DNA of 63,050 bases, counting the filler, from Porpidia crustulata (taxonomy: Eukaryota), in NCBI GenBank assembly GCA_964255105.1. It is 5 parts of 5 records of this genome, joined end to end, with 100 filler letters (N's around TTAATTAATTAA, not from the genome) between each part and the next. Parts side by side here need not be neighbours in the genome. Positions count along the whole stretch, not along the records: positions 25,272 to 37,804 come from CAXUWE010000521.1; positions 37,905 to 50,434 come from CAXUWE010000522.1; 3 more parts are not named here. The stretch is one strand, 5' to 3'. The position numbers and the translations under genes are program-made. This document shows positions 25,906 through 39,571 of the stretch, piece after piece. Numbering within the stretch: position 1 is the first letter of the stretch; every line of letters starts with the position of its first letter. Under the pieces are notes generated by a model, which saw nothing but the letters and a program-made list of their open reading frames with translations, was not told where the DNA came from and did not search any database.

Positions 25906-27512
25906 TTATACCCTCATCAATCTCCCGACGGTCGTCGTCATGGCTTTCGCGGCCGTGCTGGCGGCCGTGCTGACGGCCTCGCCCGCGCTCGTGGCCAAAG
26001 CGCCTTCGCCGCCCGTAGCGTTACCGGCGGCGGTGGTGGTCTCGCCAGGCAGGGGATTGGGGTAGTAGAAGGCCGTGACAGCGATGATGAGGTAGACGAG
26101 GACGCAGAGGGCGCCCTCGAGGTAGTTTGACTTGCCGTCGCGGATGAAGTTGCCGACGACGAGGATGGCGAGGATGAGGACGACGGCGTTGAAGATTTCG
26201 AAGTTGAGGTCCATGTTCTTCTGCAGGCCCCAGCCGACGATGACGACGAGGGCGGAGTTGAAGAGGGCGGTCTGGATGGTGGCGCCCAGGACGTGCGCGA
26301 CGGCGAAGTTCATCTGGTTGTCCCAGGCTTCGTCGACGGCGGTCAGGTGCTCGGCGGCTTTTTCGACCAGCGGGACGAGGATCAGGCCCATGAAGGCGTC
26401 GCTGATGCCGCGTTCGACGATGAATTCGATTTCTTCGACGAGGAATATGGCGTGTAGGGAAACGCAGGCCAGGGCGATGACGAGGGCGACGATGCATTCA
26501 ACAAGAGTCAGTTTGTCCTTGACGAGGTCAATGTGTCGGTCACGATCTCTTTCTTCATCCATCTCGAGTACAGTGTTGTAGATTCCCTCGTGTGTCATCA
26601 ATTGGAAATACACGTAGCTTTGACGTGCGTCAGCATGGCTCATCAAGCAAAAGTGTTGGGGGAACATACATCACGAAAGCCACCAAGAGTACGACAGAAG
26701 TAACCCGACTTATAGTGAGGACCTTTTCTTTGAGTATGGGCGGGTCCGTATTCCCGGACAGTGACGTGAAAAAGGCAGCCGGGATGAGCAGGCCGAATCC
26801 AGCCACCAGGAGGAGTCCGTTGGCAACTTCGCTGATAGCAGGGTCGAAGTCCTGTTCATGTCTCCCCATGCCTCCAAAGAAGAAACAGGCTCCGAGGCAC
26901 AATAGCAGGTTGGCAAGGACGGAGCCAAGGATGGCGGAGCGGATGACGGGTATCAGGTTATCGGAAGCATTATTGTTGTGGAGTAGCACCATGAACAGCA
27001 CGATCTCGACAACGCCTCCAAGGAAAGTCTCAAGGATGACTCCTGAACGTGTGTTAGCAGTCGTTTTCTGTAGCCGTGCTGAAACCCATGTTCGTACCAA
27101 TGACCTTGGGGATCTTCCTCGCCAGTTCCTGCCCGGCGAAGCCCACTAGGTTGGCAGTCGGTACCATTGCTATGTAGTTGAGTGTAAATATCACAACATG
27201 GAGCTTCTTCCGAGCAAAATGCATTGCGATGGCAACAGGCACAAATGGCCACAAGAAGTTGACGAGCAGAGAGATCGTTGACGTGCTCTTGAAGCATATA
27301 CGTAAAAAGTGCCATGGGTGGATGCCGCTCCGCCCACTCTCACCTTCAGGCTTGATCCCTTTTGTCACCTTGTGCCCATTGTGATTGTATACTGGTAGGT
27401 GCTTTCCATTGTTTGAAGGTGTGGTCTGAGATATCGAGTTCGATAGCTCAATGTCCTGCGGAGCGACTCCTGCTGCCGCTCCTTGCCCGTGCTTTTCTCT
27501 TCTTTTAAACAT
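25906..27512 (-). CDS. Ca2+/H+ exchanger (CAX/Vcx1 family), about 3 exons
   Basis: Motifs IKPEGESGRSGIHP, ILGSVLANLLLCLG, GLILVPLVEKAAEH, DGKSNYLEG. The start may extend upstream. Confidence 0.9.
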
Positions 27513-30363
27513 TTTCAAAAGATTTGCTTCGTTTAGCGTGGATTGGAGATCTGGCCTTGCCAGAGGATATGGCGAGTCAAATGTTGGTTGGCGTTCTTCG
27601 TTTTGATTGTACTAGAGTTATCTAGTGAATGACGAGCGAGGATCACCGAGCTGGGGTTCTACCCAGTGAGAGTGAAGAGATGATGTGACTAAAGGACGAG
27701 ATCCCTCATAGATGACTGGAGAAGGAGAGATGAAGAGGAATTGACAGGTTGGAAGAAGTTAACAATCAACATCAAGGACAGAATGGAAGATGTTGGCACG
27801 TCCACTTGTCTGCGGCTTGGCTCCTGATTCGCGTGTGGTGCCATTCATCTTGTTTGCACCTTCTAGTCGCGCTTGGCACTGCGCCCGCTAAGGAACACAT
27901 GCGCCACGTCGTGCCCTTTGCCTTGATCATGATAGGATTAGATATTGGATGTAATGCAGACATATCGACGTGAGCCATCAAAGACTAAATGATAAAACCG
28001 TTCACTCGGTAATAAAAACATGAAGATGAAGATGAAGGTGGTGTTGTTACTCCGTCGGAGATCAAAAACTACCCCATATGGACCCTGGCGTAGACAGCAT
28101 GACAAACCAAAGTTCACTGACACACCAACACACCAGGATCTTCTCCGGACAGCTGTCACTACGGCACAGACAGACAGCTTTGACGATAGAGGAGCAGTAT
28201 CGCTGTACACGACGTTTCCATCAAGCCGCAAGTGACATCAAGTAATTAGAGATTTCTCAAATGCCTATGCGATCAAGAGGATTTTCGATCATCGACTCGA
28301 TTGTCGTCTCGGTTGACCTTTGGCAGTGCTAGGAACCAATTGGGAGGGTATTTTCAACCCGCTGCAGGAGACTTATACCTGGAAGGAATCGTTCCCTGAG
28401 TCTTTGAATATATTAATGCAATGTTGTGCTGCTGAACGCCTTTTGTCCATCTCAAGATTTTCCCTCATCATCATCATACAGCCATGTCAGCGACCTCATA
28501 GTCCAAACCACTTCCCCAGAAACGTTGCTAAAAAAGGGCAGTACATTGAACAAGGGGATTCAAGACCAATCCTAAAACCAGTCATCAAGAGGCCAGGCCA
28601 TGAGCTCATCAAAGCCGGAAGATGAATAGAAAAGGGCGTGTGGAAGCAACTGACTAGCAGAGCTCGTGAAAGTAATGTGACAAAGCGTTGCGGCCACAGC
28701 ATGTGCAGCACAATCGCGATTTTCAATCCAGAGCTATGTGGACGTGACAAACATCGAGGACTCGCGATCCATGATTGTACTTGCCACTATTGAGCGATAC
28801 AATCACAGAAAGTATCTCGAGATTTGTGTCTGGGAACCAACTGTCTCATACTCCCATCAAGTACCCGCACGTCCATCGTTCAACTCTTATAGACTCCATG
28901 ATCATCGACAGATAACTTAAGTACTGAAGAATCTATATCAAACATGCTGACAAAAATCAATAGCTTCGCCTCATCAATCATCGTGATGTTTGAGACCTCA
29001 CACTCCCAACAACAATGTGCTTCGCAGGTCTTCACGTCGATCCTATCGTAACCTGCGGTCTATCAGTCTCTGCTGGCAGTATGTCAAGTCGTTGTTCGTG
29101 ACAAGATGCTGCCTCTGCTTCACCCAACAGGAGCGTGAAACGTCACACCACATGGTCCACTGTGAAACCAGGTTTCAGACCCTGAACTATTCAAACATTA
29201 AATGTACAGATTTCAAGGTCGTGTCTATCCACGAATACAACCAAGATTTCTATACTGAGGCATGGCGGAAGTTACTTCCTGCTTAATGAGACCGAAGATC
29301 CGGATCGCTACACTTACGGAGGATAATATCCTATCCATCGAGGCGACGAACATTCGCTAGGCCGCTCAAAATTATACGCCAGCCTAGATTTGGCGACTAC
29401 TCGACTCTACGGCTCGCGTAGGATGCACGAGGCACCCATCATGTTGAAATAGAAATATTTGCCGCTGCCTTTGCAGAAGAGGCTCTTGAGAATCAGATCT
29501 GGGAATCCCAAGCTCGATTGTAACTATCCCCCTTTATGGAAATATCGGCGTTACGTATTGATGATATTGAGGGATCATGAACCATTGTTTCTTGATAAGG
29601 AAGCACCGTTTTTAGAGAATCTTGCGGAGCATGCTGACGTATGAGCCTACGAAAAGCATCTTGGCGTGCGAGCGCCTGGAATCGGAGTGGACAGTACAGT
29701 ATGCGGATCCGACATCAGCTTTGATCTCTACGAAGCAGTAATGTCTAACTGGGTTAGAAACTGCATGCGTTCTCATGTCTAAATTTGGGCCTTCAATACC
29801 GACTATGGCCCTTTCTAACCCTTACCTTTCTCCAACTTACTAATAAGTACCAATGGGATGTCAAATCACAAGGGTTGCAAAAAGTCATTGCAGCAACAGG
29901 CGGACCAACCCTATCAACATGTTGCAATAACTTTTTGAACCCATTGTCAGTGGGCTACGTATCCTATCCCAACGCTATTGTAATCCAAACCCAATAGTTC
30001 AAGAAGTCGTCGTCAAGCTCCGTATCGATACGCCCGTTGAGCTCTATCTTGGAAGTCCCGAGTGGTTTGGCCGGCTGTTTTCCCCGCCTTGGACTCCATG
30101 CATTAGCTCTCAATCTCAGCGCTGACTGTGGATGGGTAATTGCTCGCAAATGATACGGTGTAGCGCAACGAAAAAATCATGTCTTCCACAATATGATGAA
30201 CGAAATCAGCTCCTTATCATCTGCTGAGTCAAATATTTTTTATCGTGTTTCCATCCGGTCCTACGTCGCTTAGACGCTGGCGATGTCTCCTTTTACACCA
30301 GTCTTTACTTAGCCGATATATTTGTCGCAGCCGTCGTGATTGTCAGAGATAAAATCTCTCAAG

Positions 30364-32630
30364 ATGGTCGTGGTGCAAACATCGGAATGTGATCTACTCA
30401 TTATCGGCGCAGGGCCAGCGGGGTTGATGGCTGCGACTTGGGCAGCGCGATGTGGAATCCATGCTCGGGTGATTGACAAAAGAGGTACTAAGGTCTTCAA
30501 CGGCCAGGCCGATGGACTCCAGTGCCGAAGCCTAGAGATATTTGATAGCTTCGGCTTTGCTGATCGGGTTTGGAAGGAATCGAATCATATGTAAGTAATC
30601 CCGAGAAGCATGCGGCGAGTGTTGCGCGGCTGAAAGTCATTGGTAGGCTTGAGATTTGCCTCTGGGTCTGTTGCACTCACGGTTTTTAACTGTGCTGAGT
30701 TGATATGTTGAGCAGAATCCAGACGCCTCGGGTACCATCCGAAGAACGGACAGGATTCCAGACGTAGGGCCCCATTTCTTGCGAACATCCACAAACTTAT
30801 AGACATTGTAGACCATTCCAGGCATTTCAAGATTTCAGCAAGTTGTACTGCATCAAGGACGAATTGAGAGATTCTTCCTGGATTCCCTCGATGAATATTC
30901 AAACATAGATATTGAGAGAGGTGTGCTTCCAGAGGGTCTTGAGCTAGATCATTTAAAAGCAGAAGATCAAGATGCGTATCCGATCAAGATAAGAATACGG
31001 CACTTGGATGATGATGAGGCAACGCCAGCCCAGAGTGGAAGCACGGTTCAAGATGGTCTCTTCAGAAGTAGTCTAGCCAAGGATGATACTGATGATTTAA
31101 TCCGGAAGAGCCGCGGCAAAGAAGGGTCCACAGAAATTATCAAAGCAAAATACTTGATAGGGTGTGATGGAGCACACAGCTGGACCCGGAGACAGCTAGG
31201 TTTCCAAATGGAAGGGGAACAGACCGATTTCATCTGGGGCGTTTTAGACATAGTTCCTATAACAGACTTTCGTAGGCTCCGAATGTTACTTTCTCCTGAT
31301 CATTGTCCAGCCTTACTGACATTAGCAAAGCTGACATTCGTATGCGATGTGCCATCCACAGCGCAAACTCAGGCAGTGTAATGGTGATCCCTAGGGAAAA
31401 TAAGCTCGTCCGACTCTATATCCAACTTAATGAAGTGAATGCTACGGGAAAGCCTGTCGATCGTTCCCAGCTATCCCCCGATATGATTTTAGAGTCAGCC
31501 CAGAAGATTATGAGTCCGTACACGCTGACATATAAGTACTGTGACTGGTGGACAGCTTACCAAGTATGGACTCTCGCAATCATGTTCACGGTGGCTACTG
31601 ACATGGGATTCTCTAGATCGGACAGCGAGTTGGAAACAAATTCTCCAGTAATGATCGCATTTTTCTTGCGGGGGATGCGGTCCACACCCACTCACCAAAG
31701 GCAGGGCAAGGTATGAATGTTTCTATGCAAGACACGTACAACCTAGGCTGGAAAATAGGCCTTGTTGTGAAAGGCTTGGCTAAACGCCCGATACTCAAGA
31801 CGTACCAATCAGAACGTCGGCGTATTGCGCAAGACCTCATCGCTTTTGATCATCGCTTTTCTCGCCTTTTCTCAGGCAGACCTGCCAAAGATGCTGCTGA
31901 CGAAGCCGGCATATCCATGGCCGAGTTCAAGGACGCTTTTGAGAAAGGCAACATGTTTGCGTCTGGTCTTGCAGTGAATTATGGAGCCAGTACCATTATC
32001 GCAAAGCCGAGGAGTTCCATAGAAGAAGATGACGGGACAGAAGCCGGGTTAAAGGCACAAAATGTGGGGAAAGTTGTTGGTAAACAAGAACTTGCTTCTC
32101 ACATCAAAATGGGCATGCGATTTCCGAGCTTCCAGGTAGTTAACCAAAGTGACGCCCGCCCCTGGCACTTTTGCCACTTCCTTAAGAGCGATGGCCGTTT
32201 CAGGATTGTGGTTTTTGCAGGAAATTTAGTGGACGAGACACAGCGAAAGAGAGTTGAGAGGCTTGGAGAGGAACTTGCGGCCCCTGATTCATTCCTACGC
32301 CGTTTCACTGCCCGAGCGGAACCTGTCGACTCGACCATCGAACTGCTCACCATCCACTCCGCGCCTCGTCAGGAAGTGGAGCTCCTCGACCTGCACGAGA
32401 TATACCATCCCAACGACCCCGAAAGAGGCTGGGATTACGACAAGGTCTTTGTAGATGACATGTCGTATCACGAAGGCCATGGCGAAGCATACAGAAACTA
32501 CGGTGTAGACAAAGAGAAGGGCTGCATCGTCATCGCCAGGCCAGATCAGTACGTCGGGTGGATCGGAGAGCTAGAGGATGTTCATGATATGGACCGCTAC
32601 TTCTCTGAAATATTGATCCCACAAAGCTGA
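30364..32630 (+). CDS. FAD-dependent phenol 2-monooxygenase family protein, multi-exon
   Basis: Motifs IIGAGPAGL, GQADGLQCRSLE, YLIGCDGAHS, FLAGDAVHTHSPKAGQGMNVSMQD, and the C-terminal thioredoxin-like RPDQYV. Includes a 19-nt microexon near 30648-30666. Confidence 0.93.
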
Positions 32631-33175
32631 AGCACCGCTGGGCTCCGTTTCTCGAATTCCAGCATCTACTCTGCGCATTGGATCTTCTGCAACAACTCCT
32701 TTGCTTGCGATATATTGAACCCCGTAGTATAGCAGGCTTTCCCAACGCCACATATGTCAATGTATATTTACTTATGGCTGCACACTTGCAGAATGAGATG
32801 GCAGTATCTAGAAAGGCATTGAATGCTCCGTTCCATTAGCAGGTAGTCTGTTCAGTAAAGAACGAGCTTCGTCACAGGAGGTGACGAAGGAAGTCTGTTG
32901 ATGACCGTTGTGCCGTTATACAATTAGATTGTCAATTGTCAGGGGTTCCAAGTATGTGTGTGCGCCTTAGGAGATCACGTGGCGGGAAGTGCCGGTTGCT
33001 TGAGACCCTCGTGAGGCTGTTCATCGGGTTACCTTGCCCTTCCAATGATAGATGCGCAATAAGCCTCATGGAAGCTCCATCGCATATTGTATCCAGCTGG
33101 AGCTTCTTTCTCGGCTCACGTCTCTCACGATGATATGGCCATATTGACGAACCACTGGAGGTAAGGGTTCGAAGC

Positions 33176-35627
33176 ATGGCTACGCCCTCAGTTCCGCAAG
33201 GCGCATCGTCGCCAGGCCTGTCAATTTTGCCCAACGGAAAAGCTACGGCTGCGCCTCCGAAAGTTAGTGGTGATGGTAACGTGGATTCGGAGGATGTAGG
33301 TCCACCTGAAGACAAGCTGCCGTTGCACGAGGACGTAATGCAGCTTGCAAGAGTCGGAGAAATCGGATCAATACAAAAGCTTTTTGATGACGGGAAGGTC
33401 GATGCAAGTTTCAGGGACAAAGACGGGATCACTCCCTTGCACGTACGTAAATACAGGACATCAAAATCCCAATAAGCTAGGCAGCCTGGTAATGTCGTAA
33501 TTCTAGTGGGCAGCCATCAACAACCATTACGCAGTGTGTAAATACCTTATAGAGCTTGGAGTCGACGTTAACGCAAAGGGCGGAGATTCTGATGCACCAC
33601 CTGCTATCTGGGCCGCGCATAGATGTCACTACTACATCGTCAACCTGCTCTTACAAAACGGTGCCGATCCCCTTCTGACGGACGCCAACGGCTACAACAT
33701 CCTCTCGCTTGCCACCTTTGATGGGAATGTCTTTCTTCTTACTCTCCTCCTTCACCAGAACATACCTCTCGATGGACCAGATCGACAGGGACACACTTGT
33801 CTGATGTGGGCTGCATACAAAGGATATCCAGCTTGTGTCGACCTGTTCTTGCGGTGGGGTGCAAATGTCCACAGCACGGATGAGACCGGCTTCACCGCAT
33901 TGCACTGGGCATTGGTCAAGGGTTCCCAAGCTTGCGTACAGAAATTAATCGAATATGGCTCGGATCGATTTGCGATCACATCCACAGATAAGACTCCAGC
34001 TATGGTAGCAACAGAAATGGGATCAACCCGCGCGTGGCAACGAGCCCTCGGGGAACTTGGTTTTAACGAAGATGGTACCCCAAAACAGTTGCCTCTACCA
34101 TATATCTCGTTCATCAAGAATCGTGGTTTTCTAACCCGATTCCTTTTTCTCTTTCCATTCGGACTTCTTTTCTTGGTTTTCACGATATTGAGCAAGACCA
34201 CAGTTTTCATTTCTGTACCACTTACTGTTATTCTTGCCTATAGTCTTCAATGGGTTGCTCAGCAAGTGCTGCTATGGGCGCCCTCTGATATGAAGCATCT
34301 ACAAAAAACAGTGAGTCCTCCTTAACTTCGTAGCGTCAATCACAACCTGAGACCAAAGCAGCCTTATCTTGCAGGAGTTTTTGCAGCGAGTCTATTTTGG
34401 ATTGTTGTCCAATGGGCTATGACAGTCCTCCCTAGTAAGTAACGAGTCATTTCGGGCGCGTCGAAATCGCTTATCCAGAGTAGCAACATATTCTTCTCAT
34501 CCGCTATTAAATCTGCTATCCGCCATCTCGTTTTTATTATGCACATACTTTTATGTATACAGTATGATCGAAGATCCTGGCTACGTACCAAAAGCCGGAA
34601 GTCGGAGCCAGCAGAAGGCTGTTGTGGATGAGCTTCTCAGCTTATGGAAATTCGATGAGCAGAATTTCTGCGTACACTGCATGGTGAGAATGCCCCTGCG
34701 GAGCAAACATTGCAAAAGGTGTGCGAGGTGTGTTGCAAAGCATGATCAGTGAGTATCCCTTATCTTCTTGACACTATTGTGCTAATAAGATTCTCAAGCC
34801 ACTGCCCCTGGGTACATAATTGTGTTGGTGCCAATAATCATCGGCATTTTTACTTGTATATTGTCTTTATGGAGGCTGGCATTCTTCTCTTCGTGAGACT
34901 TGTCCTTCACCGTAAGTCTCGTTGACAACCGTATGTGATCAACCTATTTGACTTTATTGCAGATCTTATGGGTCTTCCACCGCCCGCTGAGACCAAGTGC
35001 AATATACTGTCTGAAGACATCTGCAAGGTCATTCTACGTGACACATTCTCAGTGATCCTTGCAATTTGGGCGAGCTTGCAACTGATATGGGTAACAATGC
35101 TACTATTCGTACAGTCGCTACAAATAGCGCGAGCCATGACCACATACGAAAGCATGAGAGGCAACACACACCATGGCTCGCACGCGTCAGCAGCAATAAC
35201 TTCTGCACTAGTTGCCGGTTCCTCCAATCCTAGCGGCGCGCAATTGACCGACGCTGGCGTTGGTCCGAACCCTGCTCTACCTCCCGCCCATCACCGCCAT
35301 CACCACAAAGAAAGTTGTTTCTCTCAATGGAAGAAGCTTTTGGGGCTTGACGCGTTTGTCATAACGGCTACGGGGAGTCTAGATAACGGGCGGTCAAGAA
35401 GACGAGGAAACCCCTTTTCGCGTGGTATCATCACCAATTGCAAAGACTTTTGGTGCGACTCGGCTCCTTACTTTGGACAGCGGGAGAACGGGGCTGCGAT
35501 GCTTGGCGGCGATATAGTGAATTACACTCGAATGTATGAGACGCCGCCTAGGATGAAGTTTCGCCGGCCCCGGCAAGATGGAGACGGTGGCATGTATCAT
35601 AATGTAGGGGACGATGATGCCGTTTGA
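33176..35627 (+). CDS. AKR1: Ankyrin-repeat DHHC palmitoyltransferase Akr1
   Basis: Ankyrin repeats ([25 protein letters not shown]), TM helices, [19 protein letters not shown], and DHHCPW across an intron. Confidence 0.93.
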
Positions 35628-35996
35628 CAACGTCTCTGGGATATTTCGGATGTGAAACCCAATACCATTAGATATGAAGTATTACGTGAGATATCGTGTG
35701 ACGATGTGATCTAGGTCATGATGGTCGTAGATAAATCCTTCCTGTAAAGTGAATCCTAGGGCCTTGATATAAACAACCTCCCTGACATCGGGTATGCTGT
35801 TTCAACAGCGCAATCACATGATATTCTGGACGTCTATACCCAGGAATAAGTCAATTCTCAACACGACACGGTGAGGAATAAGTGGTATGCTATCATACTA
35901 CAGTAGATCAAAGGCATGCACCTCGACTTGAACCCTGGCGAAGTTGGCATTTATCGACGCTAACGACATCTTTTTGCCCATACTTCAATAACTATC

Positions 35997-37804
35997 ATGG
36001 ACGATCAAGCGACCAAAACATTCCGTTCAGTACGTTCAGCGCCGATATTCCGTATTGCATAGCTAAAAACAAATTGATAGCTCAAACCACCATGCGTCGA
36101 GCTGAGCCAAATTGCTTTGCAATTCAAAGCAAAGAAGGCTACTGGCAAAGCCTTGGTTAACTCGACGGGGAAGTTGTACGACGTTCTCAAAGAAATTTCG
36201 AGACAGGAAAATGCGTTAAATCCGCAACTGGCGGACTACGTCTTCTTTCCTCTGTCTCATATTTTCAGCGAAAGCAAAAGAGTACCCGTTCGCGCTATAG
36301 AGCTTGTGCTTCAATGTCTCCAAATACTTATAGCGCATGGCTGGAGAAGCAAGATCTCTTCCGACTTGGGTAAACAGCTACTAATTCTACTGAGTTTTTT
36401 GGCTGGGGGAAGTGCAATCGAGCCCAAGATCAGAGATGTGAACGAAGAAGTCAGTGCAGCTGCATTAGAATGCCTAAAAAGCTTGTTTGATGCCTCGAGT
36501 GTTCTGTCTTCTGGCATCGAAGGGTCAGATGAGGCTGAAAGCATACATACATTCGGCCATGCTGTGACTGTTGTTCTTGATGGAGTGACCGGTGGCCCTT
36601 CTATCAAAGTTCGATTGGCAGCTTTAGAAGCGCTAAAGGCCATCGTCTCGGGGATTTCGGATAGGGAACTCCTTAAGAATTTCTTTCCAGGGATAGTATC
36701 ATCTCTGGCGAAGACATTATCAGCCGACAACCGCTCCAAGAACTCTTACAGAGTCCTGGAAGGAAGCCTTCAAACATTGAGTAATATCCTTTGCAAAGTT
36801 ATCAGCGATGACACTCTACCAGGGCATAAACCGATCACCCAAAAAGATACGGCTCTCACACGACGCTCTCATGTCAACGCTGATCCATGGCGTGAAGCTA
36901 CATCGGCTCAAGTCAAGCTTGCATTGGCCAATATCATCCCTTTGCGATATCATGATAGGCCTGAAGTCCGGGCCGCTCTCTTCGAATTATATACATCCAT
37001 TTTGGAACGATGCCAGCGATCGCTATACCAATCTACAGCTATGGTGGCCGAGACACTTATAACCCTATGCAGTAACAATAAAACCTCCGGGAATGATACA
37101 CGACTGCAAAGGGTACAGAACATTTTCTCCACTGATGATACGCTATTGGATATACTCAAAAGCTCAGTACATGACTGGATTGTTTCCCTACCAAGGATCA
37201 TGCAGTCGAATGACGAAACTCGAAAGCGCAGAGTGATTGAACAAATATCTACATCTTTCAAGATCATAATGGCGCAAGGCATGGACTCGGACGTTTTGAA
37301 TGACACCCTGGCACTCAATCTAAGGGCAAGCGTTTCAGCAGCAATACAGTCGTCTTCCTCCCAAGGGATACGTGCAGTGTCAAATGGAAATCTCGAGATG
37401 ACTCAGATGCTACAACCTTTAGAAGCAAAGTACTCGATAGCCTTCTCTTCCGTCCTGTTTGGCGAGTCTAGCCAGAAGTACACGATGAGTGGGCTACAAA
37501 CNNNNNNNNNNTACAAACACTGGCTCAACAACTGAGAACCATGCCGATGTCGATGACCCTAAGTCAAAGTATCGTCGACACCTTACGCACGACCTCTGGG
37601 GATGAACAACTCGCCAGTCTCTGGGTGTCACTGCAACTCCTCGACGACCCATCAACCGATACCCAAGACATTGACCAATACCTCAACATACCCCTAAACG
37701 CAGAGGAAGCAATCAACCCCCTCCTAGAAGAAACCTACTCCTTCTCCCTCGACCTACTCTCCAAGCCCGCCTACGAAGACCCCACGACTTGGAAACTCCA
37801 AGCC
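35997..37804 (+). CDS. TTI1: TTT-complex subunit Tti1 (HEAT repeats), 3'-truncated at the contig end
   Basis: Spliced N-terminus ...LKPPCVELSQ, then LADYVFFPL and FFPGIVSSL. A 10-N gap at 37502-37511 shifts the frame. Confidence 0.85.
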
Positions 37805-37904
37805 NNNNNNNNNNNNNNNNNNNNNNNNNNNNNNNNNNNNNNNNNNNNTTAATTAATTAANNNNNNNNNNNNNNNNNNNNNNNNNNNNNNNNNNNNNNNN
37901 NNNN
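37805..37904. other. Artificial contig spacer
   Basis: 44N-TTAATTAATTAA-44N. Confidence 0.97.
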
Positions 37905-38184
37905 TTCTTCATCACATCAGCCTTCACAAAACCGCTTCACCCTCAGTCGAATGAAGAGAATTGAAAACCGTCACTTCGGATTCTGTTACCAAAGCTTGAG
38001 GTTTCATGTTGTTTCAAGGGGCGGTGTTGTGGTGTATATAAGATGGGGTGAAGGTTTCTTGGGGGGAGTTGTTTATGGTTATAGGAAACTAAAAGGGATA
38101 ATTGTTCCGAGAGATTAAATCATAAAAAAAGAGATTGGGTTCTTTTGGTCTTCACAATTTATTACCTCAACTTTTAATCCGAAA

Positions 38185-38691
38185 ATGCTTCTCTCGACTA
38201 TCATATTCCTCCTTACACTGGGCGCTGGCGCCTTAAATTTAAAGTTACTTAACGATTGCTTCAATGATACCGGACCTGAAAGCAGAGACTGCGATCTAGT
38301 CGTAAATGAATTCTTCAACGAGGTTTATAACACTAGCGATTCAAAACGGATGGGCAGGATCAACATTTGGCCTTCGGGAGGTTGCGAAGACCACGACGGC
38401 GTCTTGCCCGGTCATACCTACCTTGACCCTTTGGACAACACGTGTGTGCCCTCGGCGAAGGTGGACTCGACTGACTACGTACATATCATCTGGGACTCGG
38501 ATGGAAACTACGGTCCAAAACCGTTGCACGAGATCGGGTTCTACAAAGATGAAAAGTGCACGGACCGGGTGGGATCGTGGACGAGGTCGGAGGATATGGT
38601 TGAGTGTATAAGTCAGAAGCTGAATAGGGGACCATGGGGAGGGGTGGTGTTATTTCATGGAGATTGGGATGGGACAATTGGGGGTCCTTGA
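38185..38691 (+). CDS. Small secreted cysteine-containing protein (168 aa)
   Basis: Signal-peptide-like MLLSTIIFLLTLGAGA, 6 Cys, and a TATATAA near 38035. Confidence 0.7.
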   Translation: MLLSTIIFLLTLGAGALNLKLLNDCFNDTGPESRDCDLVVNEFFNEVYNTSDSKRMGRINIWPSGGCEDHDGVLPGHTYLDPLDNTCVPSAKVDSTDYVHIIWDSDGNYGPKPLHEIGFYKDEKCTDRVGSWTRSEDMVECISQKLNRGPWGGVVLFHGDWDGTIGGP

Positions 38692-39571
38692 TATTGAATT
38701 TGATAACCCCGTGGATGGGGCATCTTCCCATGGTTTTCCTGATATGGGTATTTGGCGTTTCGGTATTCCGTGGTCCCTTGATAATTCTTCCAGCAGAGGA
38801 TAGTGTAGTATCATGTCATTCTCTATGTATGGACCTAAACATAGGCTTATCTGTTGCCCGTCATTACTATGATGAATCTCTCCAAGCTGTTATTCTCGAC
38901 CACTCACCTCAAACAAGATTCCCATCCCCTGCGGTTCAATCCAGCGAACGGAACGACGGCAGTGACCCTAATCAATCACAGAAAACATCCAAAGGACATG
39001 GCTATCAACCTCTGAGTTTGCGGGACCCTGCATCCTGGTAACCCGACCTGACCTTGAGTCACTGATGCAGAGTGGGTACTAAATTCCATGTAGTGCCAAC
39101 ACAGAGCACTGTCTTGAATCGAAGAAAAACATGTTGTACAATAGAAAGTGATGGTATTGTCATATGGATTTCCGAAGACACATGTTCAGATAGTGTCTGC
39201 AACCTGCAAAAGGCATAAGAGATTGCTTTCACCGTAGCTTGCTTTTTCAAAAACCACAGAGGACATGCTATCGAGGTCGAAGTCCGTGGTTGACTTCGTC
39301 CCGCAGGAGTCTGCAAGCCAAGGTTGTGTCTACTCAAGCCAACTACCAAACCCAACCAATAGCACATGGGTCAAGGCAGCTTGCATTTCAACGGCGTCTA
39401 ACGACGAGGGATGAGTCGTCAACGAAAGGACCCCTCTTGTCCTTGCAGTAAAGATAATAATGCCATGGGGAGCTCTCCCTTCAGTTAATCCTCAAACTAC
39501 CCGTAGTCGCTCATGAAAACACTTGGATGAAGAAGACTTATGTCGGATTGAGCAATTGAGAAATTTAATCC

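Noticed and set aside
26021..26581. Long overlapping alternative-frame and antisense ORFs, here and over other genes
   Set aside because: Shadow ORFs expected from GC-rich codon bias, with no domain signal.
27749..30149. Short ORFs between the exchanger and the monooxygenase
   Set aside because: All about 100 aa or shorter with no motifs or consistent splice pattern; treated as intergenic.
376..32630. One large biosynthetic cluster (NRPS-like genes, MFS, monooxygenase)
   Set aside because: The genes lie on three separate contigs. The monooxygenase sits among housekeeping genes.
37502..37545. Apparent frameshift or pseudogenisation of TTI1
   Set aside because: A 10-N gap with TACAAAC on both sides indicates an unmerged overlap, an assembly artefact.
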